A DNA stretch of 57,998 nt from a virus. Its lineage: Duplodnaviria; Caudoviricetes. The translations under genes and the position numbers were made by a program. The notes below the pieces were generated by a model that did not search any database, was not told where the DNA came from, and saw nothing but the letters and a program-made list of their open reading frames with translations. The number at the start of each line of letters is the position of its first letter. The first letter of the stretch is position 1. The stretch covers positions 1-57,998 of IMG/VR virus record IMGVR_UViG_3300033076_000962. One strand, written 5' to 3'. Of the stretch, positions 28,401 through 37,567 are shown in pieces.

Positions 28401-28521
28401 CATCCCTTAGCGCACCAAGAGCTTCATCAGGAGTCTCAGCCTGTTCATAAATATATTTGGATACAGAATCAAATTCTGCCAAGGTACTGTCTTGCTGCTC
28501 TTCTTCGTCAAATGGCCACAT
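22444..28521 (-). CDS. Large internal virion/DNA-ejection polyvalent protein with a GNAT domain (2025 aa)
   Basis: Size, position, coiled coils; LQVNPERQGRGEGTAL...FYENLGF GNAT motifs. Confidence 0.75.
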   Translation of the reverse strand: MWPFDEEEQQDSTLAEFDSVSKYIYEQAETPDEALGALRDVYSEYEFQDRKKAEDILASRSREVRERFDVKTPFDYNATIDAAPINFDEIEVEGETEEQQKLDRINKWELKNKEALAATEEPEYIQNRDWLTGNIEKAAVLQRREVLGKANYIEDRTLRFFQGAISPFAHALGDKDLENYFIERTNPEYDESYGSAIASGLGSAAGAVGSALAAGPVGAYGYLGLQGVGAAKEQYEEARQVGATQGEALAAAGIEAASQTVQATVGGKIFGKVAGQLGGEAVDQTIQKLGTKVFPRVLGAATLEGTTESAGQVASNYAESIGQDTEFDPTKGTATSFIAGFVTAGLASGIGEVAQSVRGTESTLPPTTSPVEGEVQNVVIPEEGEQATVEPQLQDTGFLAKEGTGRLDYSTVGEDSVYISNLQVNPERQGRGEGTALVTDLIFRAKADGKNKIFVVPTADTEALQPRLEAFYENLGFEFTGEAKEMVLDIDKHFPDLVVKQAEQQAEELNNAIEQENLQTTPPSEVLVKKSRPVTLANPDVVATREDGTKIVTDGDRLHNDDNLGNGTVEEAYQHTFSVQPDVANRLQQLKAAAAPDGTSFHIYSRDGKLFVKSKFLKPDFLTNPDPISDKPTGLQEVEVPAVSGLEVGQVDVQVDGVDIETVDAHQKISVVTGKEARIGSSPIAGKSAGAAFVGDMKGKKEQQWAKRFRNTLTPEQAEAFGLSLQGEDSEGTAIQYPLMTYVPNVNKQQGIEAATFIKDKGYIGTLAYLETLEGKGGPQDYAVASVLTAQLKRAQEQAAADGNFKLEDAYVPLIQNAARIQAGLSNAAGSTMQLGTNQAQRAMGGIVIPEEVQEAIGVFRRDARQKAEEDTAKELGLPKVGLKELQIEAEAADAEVAAIEAEIGDPVAKELAAMDAEIQEIKDKEQRKNIDEPLQQMEEELVELKRQEAEALEDVKNQLTETGVAVQQEIQIVEGELAEVSADISTPVMLEPTKAQLDRKAELENRIKELETQREKLTASIEATKPTESAPTEKPKSVISIKGESVNEELELKDTPDGGISAGNFKAKDLPSLIRQINKSLKDNKAFGYFGDKKYKGATAQIKVVKPTESAPTTDKKVLKQQEQTAKKVVELQNKLEAVTNKLTETETKLANVENSIEERKATPKKPLSEAVKRQNELRKKLTSLRHQFEQERKLDPKNSKKVKHLRSLAAERQNMIRSLKKAKKAPLALSDKAQKKVDAIEAKKTTLSTAAKEGRIKISIPKETTTKLVNAKTRQRKARTAFDMAKAKFEENMSKFSIKDQQLLAELYRAREEAISPTDRAVLDQAILAQLIKILPPTSESISKITEYWRANQLSGPETWLRNMGSFLSVVGTASSYAATDVGRLATGQRTKSIEFVKGVTTGLLNAAFNDAVDVMQGARRGRLSTNPEGDMNAPAPELRWLTSKVGNFTIVNPVQPLLAIAELSRRVQAATDTVAFGTANEGHARVAALLAAGKGTKEQQLSLMQNMLYETDTRIKQNRAAVAARVQALKAVGIEMTPRQQRIMFYELMESSRPERVREASKAGGLRAVYMNPPEGIMGATVKLMQGVTNAVFEIGGKRVKFVPQILNSFLNVAGNLTNEMMSYMPITAPGGIVRAKRKSQEARAAAVLKATKESENNVAQGLAALTEAEIQQRADEADIYHQEFLEYSGRMMVGTVVMVGMASILAAFDDDKNPFIKFYGAIPEGKEDEWKAQGIKPFTLKIGGMTLSRDLLGPLTYALAGADIINRSVKANQPIERTAFMLVTALGNALGSISFMKNSSEFFNALSGGKALDEDLTMSERAATRTSNWLSSWAAGNIQGFVPSVGFLRNLYKWTDGTPTQTYNNFKAKLLNNIPYGREISGAKRMLNAFGEPIELPWQQRVPTNIFVTTRNDDPINQWRVRTGYTFTPPTPTIKMGKRETLAYGEDRVAKLGEGYRDLLDENESYEVLRISGPQIKEFLSSLINEPDFSTFSEENQAYINKQVAAIRAEARLEVLDRSVR

Positions 28522-28523
28522 AG

Positions 28524-30536
28524 CTATGCGTAATCAATTATACCTTGTTCTTTCAATACTTGAGCGAGTCTCATATCATCAGGGGAACTGAGAAATTTAG
28601 GGAAGTAAGACATAACACGTTGGGGATATTTTAGTACCTCATCTAGTTTAGCTTCTGGATTTTTATAGTATTTAGAAATTATAGAAGGTAGCGCACTCTG
28701 TATCTGTTCCCAAGTAGGTTCGGCTCCTACTGTAGCTACTAAATCTTTTGCTACTCCAATACCGGCATTATAGCCAATTAACGCTACTAATGGAGAATCT
28801 TCAAAGGTTCTTTGCAAGCTGGCTAATTCTATTGCTCCTACAGCAAAAGACGTTCTAGGATCTAGTAAGTCTTTTCTATTTTTAATAGACGGAATGACTC
28901 CTTGAGCAGTAGCTACCGTAGTCTGTGCAAGACCTGTCACTCCTGTAGGGCTAACTGCATTTGGATTTCCTGCACTTTCTGTGGCAATAACGGCCTTCAT
29001 TAGTGCAGAAGCATCCTGTGCTCCTATACTATCTAGTACGCTAGACACTTTGTTTACCACTGCCTCACTTGGAGGTTCCTTACTAATCTTCACCTCTACT
29101 TCAGCCGGTATGCTGGTAGGAGCTATTGCAGCCGTAGCTTGCTGCACCGGAGTTGCAGTAGGTGCAGCTTGAGTACCTCCAGCACTTACAGGCTTTCTAC
29201 GTTTTAATGCTTCTGCTGCCTTGGCTCTGGCTAGTTCATTCTGCTGGTATCTTTTTTGGTACACCTCCGGCATAGGAGAAGGCATAGGTGTTGAAGCAGT
29301 AGGGGCAGTAGGAGCCGTAGTTTTAATTGCAGGAGTTACTATCACCTTCTGTTCAGCAGGTACTTCAGTAGGTATTGCTGTATGGGTTGGAGTAGTAAAG
29401 TTTGGCTGAGTTGAAGCCGGTTGGCTTTTGGCTATTCTCTCCTGTCGATTCCTCTCCTGCTGTGCCAGTACATCCGATTCAGCAGCTTTGTATTTATCAG
29501 CTACCTTCATTCCTTCAGTAAATGATCGCTGCTGCTCTGCTCTAGTAGCTTGTGCTACGTTGGCTTCTTCCTTGGCTTTCTCAGCAGCCATTAGTCTAGC
29601 TTTATCCACTTCATCAGATGCGGTCTTTAGGTCGGTGATACCCCCTTGTCCTGCACCTGCTTTAGTTTGGGTGTTATAGTTAGATTGATACTTAGCTAAA
29701 ATATCCAACATGTCAGGGTCAAGGCCATAGTAAGGTTTATCCCCGTAGTAGAATACCTTCTCCCATTTTGGAGTATCCATAGTGAACTTATTTGGAACAG
29801 TTTCTCCAGTTTTAGGATCATATTTTAAATTTAATTTTTCTTGTACTACTCTTCCTTTAAGCAATAAATCTGGTCTGCCTACAGGTACACCTAACTGATT
29901 GCCAATAGTACTAGCCAGAATATCTATATTAGGATTTTTAAGGTAATCCTTCTCAATTTCCGCAGCTTCTATCTGTTGTTTTGCTTCAGCATCGGCCCAC
30001 AATTGTTGTCGTCTGGCTGCTTGATCCCTTTCAAAGAACTGCTTCTTGTACGCTTCATTAGTCCAAGTAGGTACAGTAGCTTCCAACTGCTTTCCATACT
30101 GAGGCTTTGCTGCGATCAACTGTGCATATTTTCCGCTTAGAGTTGCTTCTGCTTTCTGGTCAGGGGAGCCATTCTTTAATATATCAACAACTTCCCCTTC
30201 TTGCTGCATTAACTCCATTTCCCTAGCTTTTTCTGCTTTAGCTAGTTCTGCCTTCTTTACATAATCTTCCTTAAAGGCTTCAGGGTTCTCAGTCATTGCC
30301 TGAGTTTTAAGTTCAGCTTCTTTTGCTTGAGCTTCTAATACTGCTTTCTTATAAGGAGCTTGTTCGTTTTCAAGTCTAGTTTGTTCAGCTTGTTGTGCTA
30401 GAACTTGATTCTTGTAGTTCTGTTCTGTTCCTGTGGCAATACCGTTTAGGAAAGCAGCAAATGGTGTAGGAACTTTTGCTCCGTCATTCCATCCTCTTGA
30501 TGCTGCATCTACAAATAAATTAAGATCAATAGCCAT
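28524..30536 (-). CDS. Internal virion protein with C-terminal lytic transglycosylase (SLT)
   Basis: VIATESAGNPNAVSPTGVTGLAQ...GYNAG; start MAIDL at 30536. Confidence 0.85.
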   Translation of the reverse strand: MAIDLNLFVDAASRGWNDGAKVPTPFAAFLNGIATGTEQNYKNQVLAQQAEQTRLENEQAPYKKAVLEAQAKEAELKTQAMTENPEAFKEDYVKKAELAKAEKAREMELMQQEGEVVDILKNGSPDQKAEATLSGKYAQLIAAKPQYGKQLEATVPTWTNEAYKKQFFERDQAARRQQLWADAEAKQQIEAAEIEKDYLKNPNIDILASTIGNQLGVPVGRPDLLLKGRVVQEKLNLKYDPKTGETVPNKFTMDTPKWEKVFYYGDKPYYGLDPDMLDILAKYQSNYNTQTKAGAGQGGITDLKTASDEVDKARLMAAEKAKEEANVAQATRAEQQRSFTEGMKVADKYKAAESDVLAQQERNRQERIAKSQPASTQPNFTTPTHTAIPTEVPAEQKVIVTPAIKTTAPTAPTASTPMPSPMPEVYQKRYQQNELARAKAAEALKRRKPVSAGGTQAAPTATPVQQATAAIAPTSIPAEVEVKISKEPPSEAVVNKVSSVLDSIGAQDASALMKAVIATESAGNPNAVSPTGVTGLAQTTVATAQGVIPSIKNRKDLLDPRTSFAVGAIELASLQRTFEDSPLVALIGYNAGIGVAKDLVATVGAEPTWEQIQSALPSIISKYYKNPEAKLDEVLKYPQRVMSYFPKFLSSPDDMRLAQVLKEQGIIDYA

Positions 30537-33324
30537 TTGCCTGTCTTGTGCTCCAAGGGTCTTTATACTTAACAATAGACTTAACAAACATATCAGAGTT
30601 CGGTACGCCCCCATAAGTTCCTGGGTTCATCTTAAATTCATACTCTGTAGCATCTACTGCTTGCTGCTGCATTACTGATTCAATTTCATCTATAGAAGGC
30701 ATTTTAACATCTGAGCCTACTGGCTTTTGCACCGGCATTACATCAAAGTTAGGGCCAGGAGACTGAGGAATATCCGCTGCTACATTTATACCGTGCCATC
30801 TACCGGCCATTAGAGTTTGAGCTGTATCAAATGCATTGTCATCAAATACGAGGTTAATTCCTCCCTGTATTGCTACGGCATCTGTTTCTGTAATCCTACC
30901 TTCAGCAAGCATTTGGTTGGATAATGCGTAAGCATCTTCCTTTGTTTGGATACCTTGCTTGGCATAGAACCCCCTTACGTTATTTCTAACGTAGTTAAAG
31001 GTTTCCTCTGTCATGTCTTGCCCAAAACCTACTTTTCCTAAAGCAGCATTACCTAACTGTCCGGCTACTTGATCTATTGATGTACCCTTACCTCCGGCCA
31101 TCATACGTACTAGAGAGCTAGTCATTAGGTTGGAAGTAAAGTCTAGATCGTTGGTGTAATCTACGTCATACGCTTTTAACTTTTCAGGCTCCCCTCCTAC
31201 TACTTTATCTGAGAACCTAAACTGATGCTTTCCTCCCCCGCCGTCTTTCCCCATGTCTCCCAAGGTGCCGTCTGAAAGAGTAACTGACCAAGTATTCCTA
31301 TCTACCAATCCTGAATCTGCTAGAAATCCTCTAACCTTATCTCTTGCTACTTGAAATCTGTTCTTATTAGACCCGAAGAAATCTCCTGCTAGTCCTGCTG
31401 TTGCTCCCACCACAGCACCTACTCCTGCTCCAATAGCAGTTCCTATTCCTGGTACTACTGACCCAATACCAGCCCCTATTGCTGCTCCTGAAGCAGCGCC
31501 TCCCAATGCTCCTGTTCTAGTTCTGTCTCCTCCTGCTGCCATATCTCCCATAGCATCAGCAGTTTTATAAGCTCCGTATGTTCCTGCTACTATTGCAGCT
31601 CCAGGTATAAAGTATCCTGACATGCCAGTAGAAGCAGCAGCCGATCCACCTGCTTCTGCTGCCGCTGCTCCAGATGCAGCACTAGCTCCAGATGCAGCTC
31701 CTTGAGCTGCATTTAATCCCTGAAGAGAGGCAGCTAATCCTCCCGCTCCGGTGCCTCCTGAAGCTGCCGCTCCAGAACCTATTAATCCTGTTACTTTCCC
31801 TAAAGTAGCTAGTGCCCCTACTGTTTTTATTCCTCCCAGAATCACATCTCCAGGGCCAGTTGGCTGCGCCTGTGCTTGCTGCTGTGGTTGCCTACTAACT
31901 GTGTTACCCATTACAGATGCAGCCGTTAATGCACTAACTATATAGGGGTCAGTTAATAGTCCTGATTGCCCCAAGCCAGCAGCAAAAGATGTGCCTCTGT
32001 AAGAAGGAGTAGAAGTATTGGGAAACTGATTCTGGTAAGTCTTAAATGCGCCAAGGCTTGCTTGTCTAACCCCGTCTACATTGTTTATAGACCTAATCTC
32101 ATTTGAGCCATTAATAGTAGCTGTTGAGAAGGATAACCCCTTTGGAACCGCGATTACTTGTCCTGGCTTTCCTCCTGACCCTACTACTTCATATTGATCA
32201 GGCAGCACTGCTGCATCTCCTACAATAGCTCCTATACCGGCTGATGGAATAGCTTTGAATCCTAAAGCTCCTAGATCAGCACTCGACTGTTTAACAGCAG
32301 CCCCTCCCATACTTGGATCTCCAAGTAGCTGCATACGCTTTCCAGTAGCAGCCATCTGGCTAGGAGTTCCTTTACCAAAGGTAACCCTCTGAATCACATC
32401 AAGTTGATCGTAATTTTTCTGTAGAGACATTACATCTACACCGGCTCCTGCCAGACTAATAGCCTCCCCAAAACTTAGTTCAGTACTACCATCTGGTCCC
32501 TTTATTACAGCTCTATCTTTAAGAGTAGTCCCATCATCAAACTTGTAAGACATCATCCCCATGGTAGCTAGGGATAAAGATTGCTGTGCAGGACTTAATT
32601 TTTCTATGTTATTAACAAAATTATAGGCAGCAAATGCGGTCTTGGACGCCCCTTCAACATCATCATGGTCTGCTAGTGCATCTAATTCTGGATGACCAAA
32701 CTCTTTCATTATAAGATTTACTGCACCCTTCTTATCTCCTTTAGCAGCTAATCCTGTAACAGCTCCCATGAATGAAGGATCTCCAGCCACGCTGGTAACC
32801 TTTGCAAAGCGATCAGCTTCTCCTTCATTCTGAAACGCTCCCAACTGTTGCATTAGAGCACCGGTGGTAAAGAGCCTATTCTTTCCTAAGTCGGGATTTT
32901 GATCGTTTGTAATTTCATTGTACGCATACAAAGACTCTCCATTTATATCTACTCCAAATGGAATAAGTCCTTCTTGCTGTGATCTAAATATACCGGCTTG
33001 TCCTTTTACCAAGTTATCAGCGTCAAACAATTTTAACTGCATTTCAGGAGTATCAAACCTTTTTGCAAACTTCGGATCGCTATAAAGATTCTGAAATCCC
33101 TGGATTAAAGGATGATTAGGAGAGTTTTCCCAATCCTGTGCAATTGTGTTGATTCCTTGCTGTATTGTATTGACATCTTTTGTACCAAACGTACCTATGG
33201 TGTTTTGCAACTGCCCTGCGTTGGGGTCAGCAGGAGTAGATACTGAATTGAATAAGGACAAAAAGTCCATATTCTTTTTATCAGCAGAACCTAATGCACT
33301 TATCTGATAGAATTTATTCTGCAT
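30526..33324 (-). CDS. Internal virion/ejection protein with Gly/Ala-zipper membrane segment
   Basis: GAAIGAGIGSVVPGIGTAIGAGVGAVVG; position. Confidence 0.7.
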   Translation of the reverse strand: MQNKFYQISALGSADKKNMDFLSLFNSVSTPADPNAGQLQNTIGTFGTKDVNTIQQGINTIAQDWENSPNHPLIQGFQNLYSDPKFAKRFDTPEMQLKLFDADNLVKGQAGIFRSQQEGLIPFGVDINGESLYAYNEITNDQNPDLGKNRLFTTGALMQQLGAFQNEGEADRFAKVTSVAGDPSFMGAVTGLAAKGDKKGAVNLIMKEFGHPELDALADHDDVEGASKTAFAAYNFVNNIEKLSPAQQSLSLATMGMMSYKFDDGTTLKDRAVIKGPDGSTELSFGEAISLAGAGVDVMSLQKNYDQLDVIQRVTFGKGTPSQMAATGKRMQLLGDPSMGGAAVKQSSADLGALGFKAIPSAGIGAIVGDAAVLPDQYEVVGSGGKPGQVIAVPKGLSFSTATINGSNEIRSINNVDGVRQASLGAFKTYQNQFPNTSTPSYRGTSFAAGLGQSGLLTDPYIVSALTAASVMGNTVSRQPQQQAQAQPTGPGDVILGGIKTVGALATLGKVTGLIGSGAAASGGTGAGGLAASLQGLNAAQGAASGASAASGAAAAEAGGSAAASTGMSGYFIPGAAIVAGTYGAYKTADAMGDMAAGGDRTRTGALGGAASGAAIGAGIGSVVPGIGTAIGAGVGAVVGATAGLAGDFFGSNKNRFQVARDKVRGFLADSGLVDRNTWSVTLSDGTLGDMGKDGGGGKHQFRFSDKVVGGEPEKLKAYDVDYTNDLDFTSNLMTSSLVRMMAGGKGTSIDQVAGQLGNAALGKVGFGQDMTEETFNYVRNNVRGFYAKQGIQTKEDAYALSNQMLAEGRITETDAVAIQGGINLVFDDNAFDTAQTLMAGRWHGINVAADIPQSPGPNFDVMPVQKPVGSDVKMPSIDEIESVMQQQAVDATEYEFKMNPGTYGGVPNSDMFVKSIVKYKDPWSTRQANGY

Positions 33325-33329
33325 AACTA

Positions 33330-34865
33330 TTAAAACATCCCTATTACACTACTGACTCCCTGAATTATACTAGGAGCCTGAGCTAGAATATTCCCTATAG
33401 ACCCCCAAGTTCCTGAATCTTGCGCGTCCCCTCTATTGCTTTCGTAGGTACTTTGGGCTTCTCTCATTAGCTGTAACTGAAATGCTCTATCTTCTAGTGC
33501 CCATTCTCTTTGCATCTTTAATGATGTAAGTTGAGCACCGGCGCTTGCAGCAGCTCTTGCATTAGCAGCAGCATTGTTTGCCCTATTCTGTTCAGATTGA
33601 AATTTCTCGCTTTGTCTACGTTGTAGGTCATTAAACACAAAAGTTTTATTAGTTTTGTCTACATCTAGTTTAACTGCTCTGTTGGATGTAGCTACTTCTA
33701 ATGCTCTCCCTGCATTTGCATTTGCAGCTTGAAATGCAAGGTTGTTATTAGCAATCGCTGTATTGGTTTTTAACTCAGCATTAAATCTGGCTTCTGCTGA
33801 CCTTAACTCCTTAGAGGCCATCTGAGTTCTAATATCATTTTCTACATTAGTAGTATCTGCTTGTAGATTCAGTTGCGCCTGTCTAAAGTCTCTTTCAGAT
33901 GATACTTGCAGATTGGTAATATTAGCTTCCTGCTGTAATCCCGTCTTAAACTGCTCCTGTTGAGTTAAGTTAGATAGTGCATCTCTAGCAGTAATCATTC
34001 CTTGATTAGCTTCTGAGGCTATTGCCATTGATGCTTGACCAGCAGAGAAAGAAGGCATCACTTGAATTTGTGAACCTCCGGTGGCCATCTGCTGTTGAGC
34101 TACTAACGTATCTCTACGTAATCCAATGTTGGAAGTTAGAAGTTGATCTCCATATTGAGATAATCCAATTCTCTGTTCCGCAGACATTAGTTGTCCTGCC
34201 TTGGCTGCGGCTGCTGATGCCTTTCCAAACCCTCCGGCTGCTGCTCTATCCGCTGCTCTGGATTGAATACCTAGCTCCAACTGCCTATCTAAAATGGAAT
34301 CAGGTACTCTCCCCTCCGCATACGCACCGGCTCTTGCTCGCTGCGCTTCCATGTCTGCCCTAATATTAGGGTCAGCCATCTCAAGCATCCTTAGTTTCTC
34401 AGCTTGATTGGTTGTATTGTCTAACGCTACCTGCTGCCTCTGTAAGTTGGCTGCTGTAGGAGCGTAATTCAATAACCCTTGAAGCTCCGTATCAATGGCT
34501 TGTAGTGCTAGGTCAGAGCTAAGAGCTGCGTTCTTACGCATCTCTCCCCTGCTTATATCTCCAAACTGCGCTTGTACATCAGCAGGATCTAGTAGTGTAT
34601 AATCAGCAGCGGTCATAAACCTATCTGCTAATTTGTCTGCTTGTAACCTATCGTATGTATAATTAGGATCTGTTAGGTCTATCTGTTCTGCTTCTACAGT
34701 ACCGGCTGTTACGTTATATGCATTTGGGTCTAGGTCTTCTGGTGTAGTAAGTTGTGGGAAATTAGGAGATAATCCAGTATTTGAAGAAGCCGGTTTACTT
34801 CGGCTGGAGTTCTGCCGCTTATTCTTTTGCTGCTTTCTTTGTGTATTAACTTTTTTAACTGCCAT
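33330..34865 (-). CDS. Internal virion/DNA-transfer protein
   Basis: Ala/Gln-rich helical protein ending WGSIGNILA...IGMF; position. Confidence 0.65.
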   Translation of the reverse strand: MAVKKVNTQRKQQKNKRQNSSRSKPASSNTGLSPNFPQLTTPEDLDPNAYNVTAGTVEAEQIDLTDPNYTYDRLQADKLADRFMTAADYTLLDPADVQAQFGDISRGEMRKNAALSSDLALQAIDTELQGLLNYAPTAANLQRQQVALDNTTNQAEKLRMLEMADPNIRADMEAQRARAGAYAEGRVPDSILDRQLELGIQSRAADRAAAGGFGKASAAAAKAGQLMSAEQRIGLSQYGDQLLTSNIGLRRDTLVAQQQMATGGSQIQVMPSFSAGQASMAIASEANQGMITARDALSNLTQQEQFKTGLQQEANITNLQVSSERDFRQAQLNLQADTTNVENDIRTQMASKELRSAEARFNAELKTNTAIANNNLAFQAANANAGRALEVATSNRAVKLDVDKTNKTFVFNDLQRRQSEKFQSEQNRANNAAANARAAASAGAQLTSLKMQREWALEDRAFQLQLMREAQSTYESNRGDAQDSGTWGSIGNILAQAPSIIQGVSSVIGMF

Positions 34866-34867
34866 AA

Positions 34868-35242
34868 TTAGTGCGCTGTTGAAATATCTTTCTTACCTGC
34901 TTCAAACGTAGTCAAACTAGCTTTGATAAAGGTATTAGTAATCCACACAGCCCCTAATATAATAACCATACATAAAGTAGCCGCTACTGTGAAAAATATA
35001 TTTGGTGGTATGCCTTTTTCCTTATACATTGCAGTATTTGTATCTTCTAGTTTGTTCTGGCGCTGCTCTACCTTATCAAAGGTTTTAGCCATCATTGTAA
35101 ACGCATTACCTATATCAGAGTGCGCCTTTGCCATCGTTACATGCGTTTCAATTATAGTTTTCAACATACCGTCTATGCCTTTTATAGTACGAAGTGTCTC
35201 AGTAGACTTTTCATCTATACCTAGCAATAACGCTTCCGACAT
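34868..35242 (-). CDS. Coiled-coil single-TM protein (holin/antiholin candidate)
   Basis: IFFTVAATLCMVIILGAVWI transmembrane segment. Confidence 0.55.
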   Translation of the reverse strand: MSEALLLGIDEKSTETLRTIKGIDGMLKTIIETHVTMAKAHSDIGNAFTMMAKTFDKVEQRQNKLEDTNTAMYKEKGIPPNIFFTVAATLCMVIILGAVWITNTFIKASLTTFEAGKKDISTAH

Positions 35243-35243
35243 A

Positions 35244-36245
35244 TTACCACCTTCTTTTCAAATAACTACTAGCTCTATTCCTAACAATACCTTTAATAGT
35301 CCCTCCAGAGGTATGGAAAAACTGCTCAATAGCTATCCCGTTATTGAGTTTTTTATGGGTGTTTTCTAAGTCAACCAACGTCGTTAAGAACTTGTGCTGC
35401 TGAGTAGCAAGTTCCATTTGCTTAGAGAGCTGAGACTGAATCTGCTGTGCAGCTACTTCAATGTTGTAGAAGTTATCAAAGGGTACTCTATCATTATCTG
35501 CGTAGGTTTCCTTTAACCTAGTCCGTGCAATGATTGAAATCTTTGCATACTCAGGACAGTTTGGAATATTAAGCTGAAACCTTCTGTATGACGGAGCTTC
35601 CTCCACCGGAGCATAATCAGATAGGTATCCTATTGTTCCTTTCCTATCTCTCCAAAAGCAGGACAAGTACCCATTGGTAGGGTCTTTCACCACTCCTGTT
35701 ATCTTTGCAAAGTAGACATTGCTCCACTTAATTGTGGCTGTATTCTCTGGTATCTCTAGCAGCTCACCGGCTATAGCTGCACCCTTGTGATTGGTGAATA
35801 CTTCTCTTCCTGATAGATCTTGTCCTGATACAATGAAGTTCTTTCCACACTCGGTCTGATTTGATTTTACTCCTACCTGAAACTCGTCTGGCCCATCATA
35901 GGCTGTATAGTAGGTATCTGTGTTCTCTATGATAAGGTCAGCACAATCCAGAAATCTATCACAGTTGTTTGGCTTGGAACGGAACTCAAACCATTTATTT
36001 ACTGCATTTCCTACTCTCCCGTTGACTAGCAGCTTTAAGGGAGTTTCAAGTTCGTAGGGGGCTGTAAAAAAGCCCCTGCCGGTGTTGATGTCAAATAGCT
36101 TTTCTCCTCCAGGGGAGCCGGTGATTAGCAAGTATTGTAGTGTCTTTATGGTAAAATCATGCAGTTCTTTGGAATCGAACGCTTTACCACTAATGCCACA
36201 ATAAGGCTGACACAGTTCTTTGGCTTTCCCAAATGTTAAGGCCAT
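35244..36245 (-). CDS. Structural protein, possible tail adaptor
   Basis: 333-aa ORF in the structural block. Confidence 0.6.
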   Translation of the reverse strand: MALTFGKAKELCQPYCGISGKAFDSKELHDFTIKTLQYLLITGSPGGEKLFDINTGRGFFTAPYELETPLKLLVNGRVGNAVNKWFEFRSKPNNCDRFLDCADLIIENTDTYYTAYDGPDEFQVGVKSNQTECGKNFIVSGQDLSGREVFTNHKGAAIAGELLEIPENTATIKWSNVYFAKITGVVKDPTNGYLSCFWRDRKGTIGYLSDYAPVEEAPSYRRFQLNIPNCPEYAKISIIARTRLKETYADNDRVPFDNFYNIEVAAQQIQSQLSKQMELATQQHKFLTTLVDLENTHKKLNNGIAIEQFFHTSGGTIKGIVRNRASSYLKRRW

Positions 36246-36320
36246 GATATACCGACAAAAAATTCATCTATTTTTTGCCAGCCCTGTACACCTGGCTACA
36301 GGGATTTAATTAACATAAAA

Positions 36321-36641
36321 CTACTCAGTAGCTTCAGCAGGAGCTTCTACAGTCTCTTCAACTACACTCTCATCTACAACAGGAGCTTCTGCAACAGGAG
36401 CTTCTGCAACAGGAGCTTCTACAGCCCCCTCCGGTGCAGGAGCCTCTGGTACAACTACGTCAACTTCATCTGGAGTAATAGTCAAAGTTCCTGCTTCCAT
36501 TGCGATCCTCTTAGCTGATTTAACAATGCCACTACCGGAGTACCCTCGTGGTCTTTTTAATTTAATGGTTGATGTTAAACGATTACGAGCTGCGATAGCA
36601 CTGTGAAATCCGCCTTTGTTTCCACATGCTCCGCAGCCCAT
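36321..36641 (-). CDS. Hypothetical protein with N-terminal CxxC and (EAPVA) repeats
   Basis: MGCGACG; 15-bp repeats; GAGGA RBS. Confidence 0.7.
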   Translation of the reverse strand: MGCGACGNKGGFHSAIAARNRLTSTIKLKRPRGYSGSGIVKSAKRIAMEAGTLTITPDEVDVVVPEAPAPEGAVEAPVAEAPVAEAPVVDESVVEETVEAPAEATE

Positions 36642-36650
36642 AAGTCCTCG

Positions 36651-36893
36651 TTATACTGGCAAGTTCGGCCCTGCACATGCCGATGCATCCTTACGGAATA
36701 CATTTGGCATACTCCTACCGAATACAGGCGTAGAAGGAGTCTGGATTATTTCAGAGCTAGTAAAGTTCTGAATTAGTCCATTAGCATACCAATATGCATT
36801 GGCATAAAAGGGAAGAGGGAATCCTGCATTTGGCCCTGCTTCACCAGTAGGGGTTTGTGCTGGGTAAATGAGATTAGGATTAAAAATTTCCAT
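36651..36893 (-). CDS. Hypothetical structural protein
   Basis: AAGGAG RBS. Confidence 0.65.
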   Translation of the reverse strand: MEIFNPNLIYPAQTPTGEAGPNAGFPLPFYANAYWYANGLIQNFTSSEIIQTPSTPVFGRSMPNVFRKDASACAGPNLPV

Positions 36894-36912
36894 AGTGCTC
36901 CTTTAGTTACAA

Positions 36913-37179
36913 TTACTTACCAGTTGATGCTTTAGGTACACCGTATGCACCTCTAGCTCCATCATCTTTTACCGGAGCTTTGATCGTGAAGGCATTAGGT
37001 TTGGAAAAGGTCTTAGGTACCTCTCCTGTAAATCCGGCCTTATACTTTCCTACCAAAGCCATCTCATTTTGTACGTTTGATGCCATAAGCCCCCTGCTTG
37101 CTACACGAACTCTTAAATGCTCTATAACACTAAACCCCTGTATAGACAACATCGAAAATAAAGTACTCAGTAGGGTCAT
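36913..37179 (-). CDS. Hypothetical protein (start uncertain, likely MASNVQ)
   Basis: ORF in the - strand operon. Confidence 0.5.
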   Translation of the reverse strand: MTLLSTLFSMLSIQGFSVIEHLRVRVASRGLMASNVQNEMALVGKYKAGFTGEVPKTFSKPNAFTIKAPVKDDGARGAYGVPKASTGK

Positions 37180-37567
37180 TAGGATTAGGCATCCATTGAG
37201 TCTGCAAAAAAGCTACCATACCTGCTGTAAATCCAGGAGTACTTGCACTAATAAGTTCGTATCCAGTAGGGAGAGAATTAGAGCTTCCATACATTCTAAC
37301 TACTTGGTTAGGAGGAGGAAACACAGGTACCCAAGCACTCTGTACATACACACACACCCCTATAAAATTTCCAGAAGGAGAAATCTGAAACCATATAACG
37401 GATGTATCCGATGGTTGTGTTGTGCTTACAACTACGTTGGTAATCTCACCGGCGTTAAACTCTACAGTCCCATGCTCTTGAATAAATTTAATTAAATCTG
37501 TAATTGTGGTTATACAGAAATCATTAGGTACATCTATAAATTTAATAGCTCCTGTTACTACTGTCAT
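37130..37567 (-). CDS. Hypothetical structural protein
   Basis: ATGA-coupled to the nozzle-like gene. Confidence 0.7.
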   Translation of the reverse strand: MTVVTGAIKFIDVPNDFCITTITDLIKFIQEHGTVEFNAGEITNVVVSTTQPSDTSVIWFQISPSGNFIGVCVYVQSAWVPVFPPPNQVVRMYGSSNSLPTGYELISASTPGFTAGMVAFLQTQWMPNPNDPTEYFIFDVVYTGV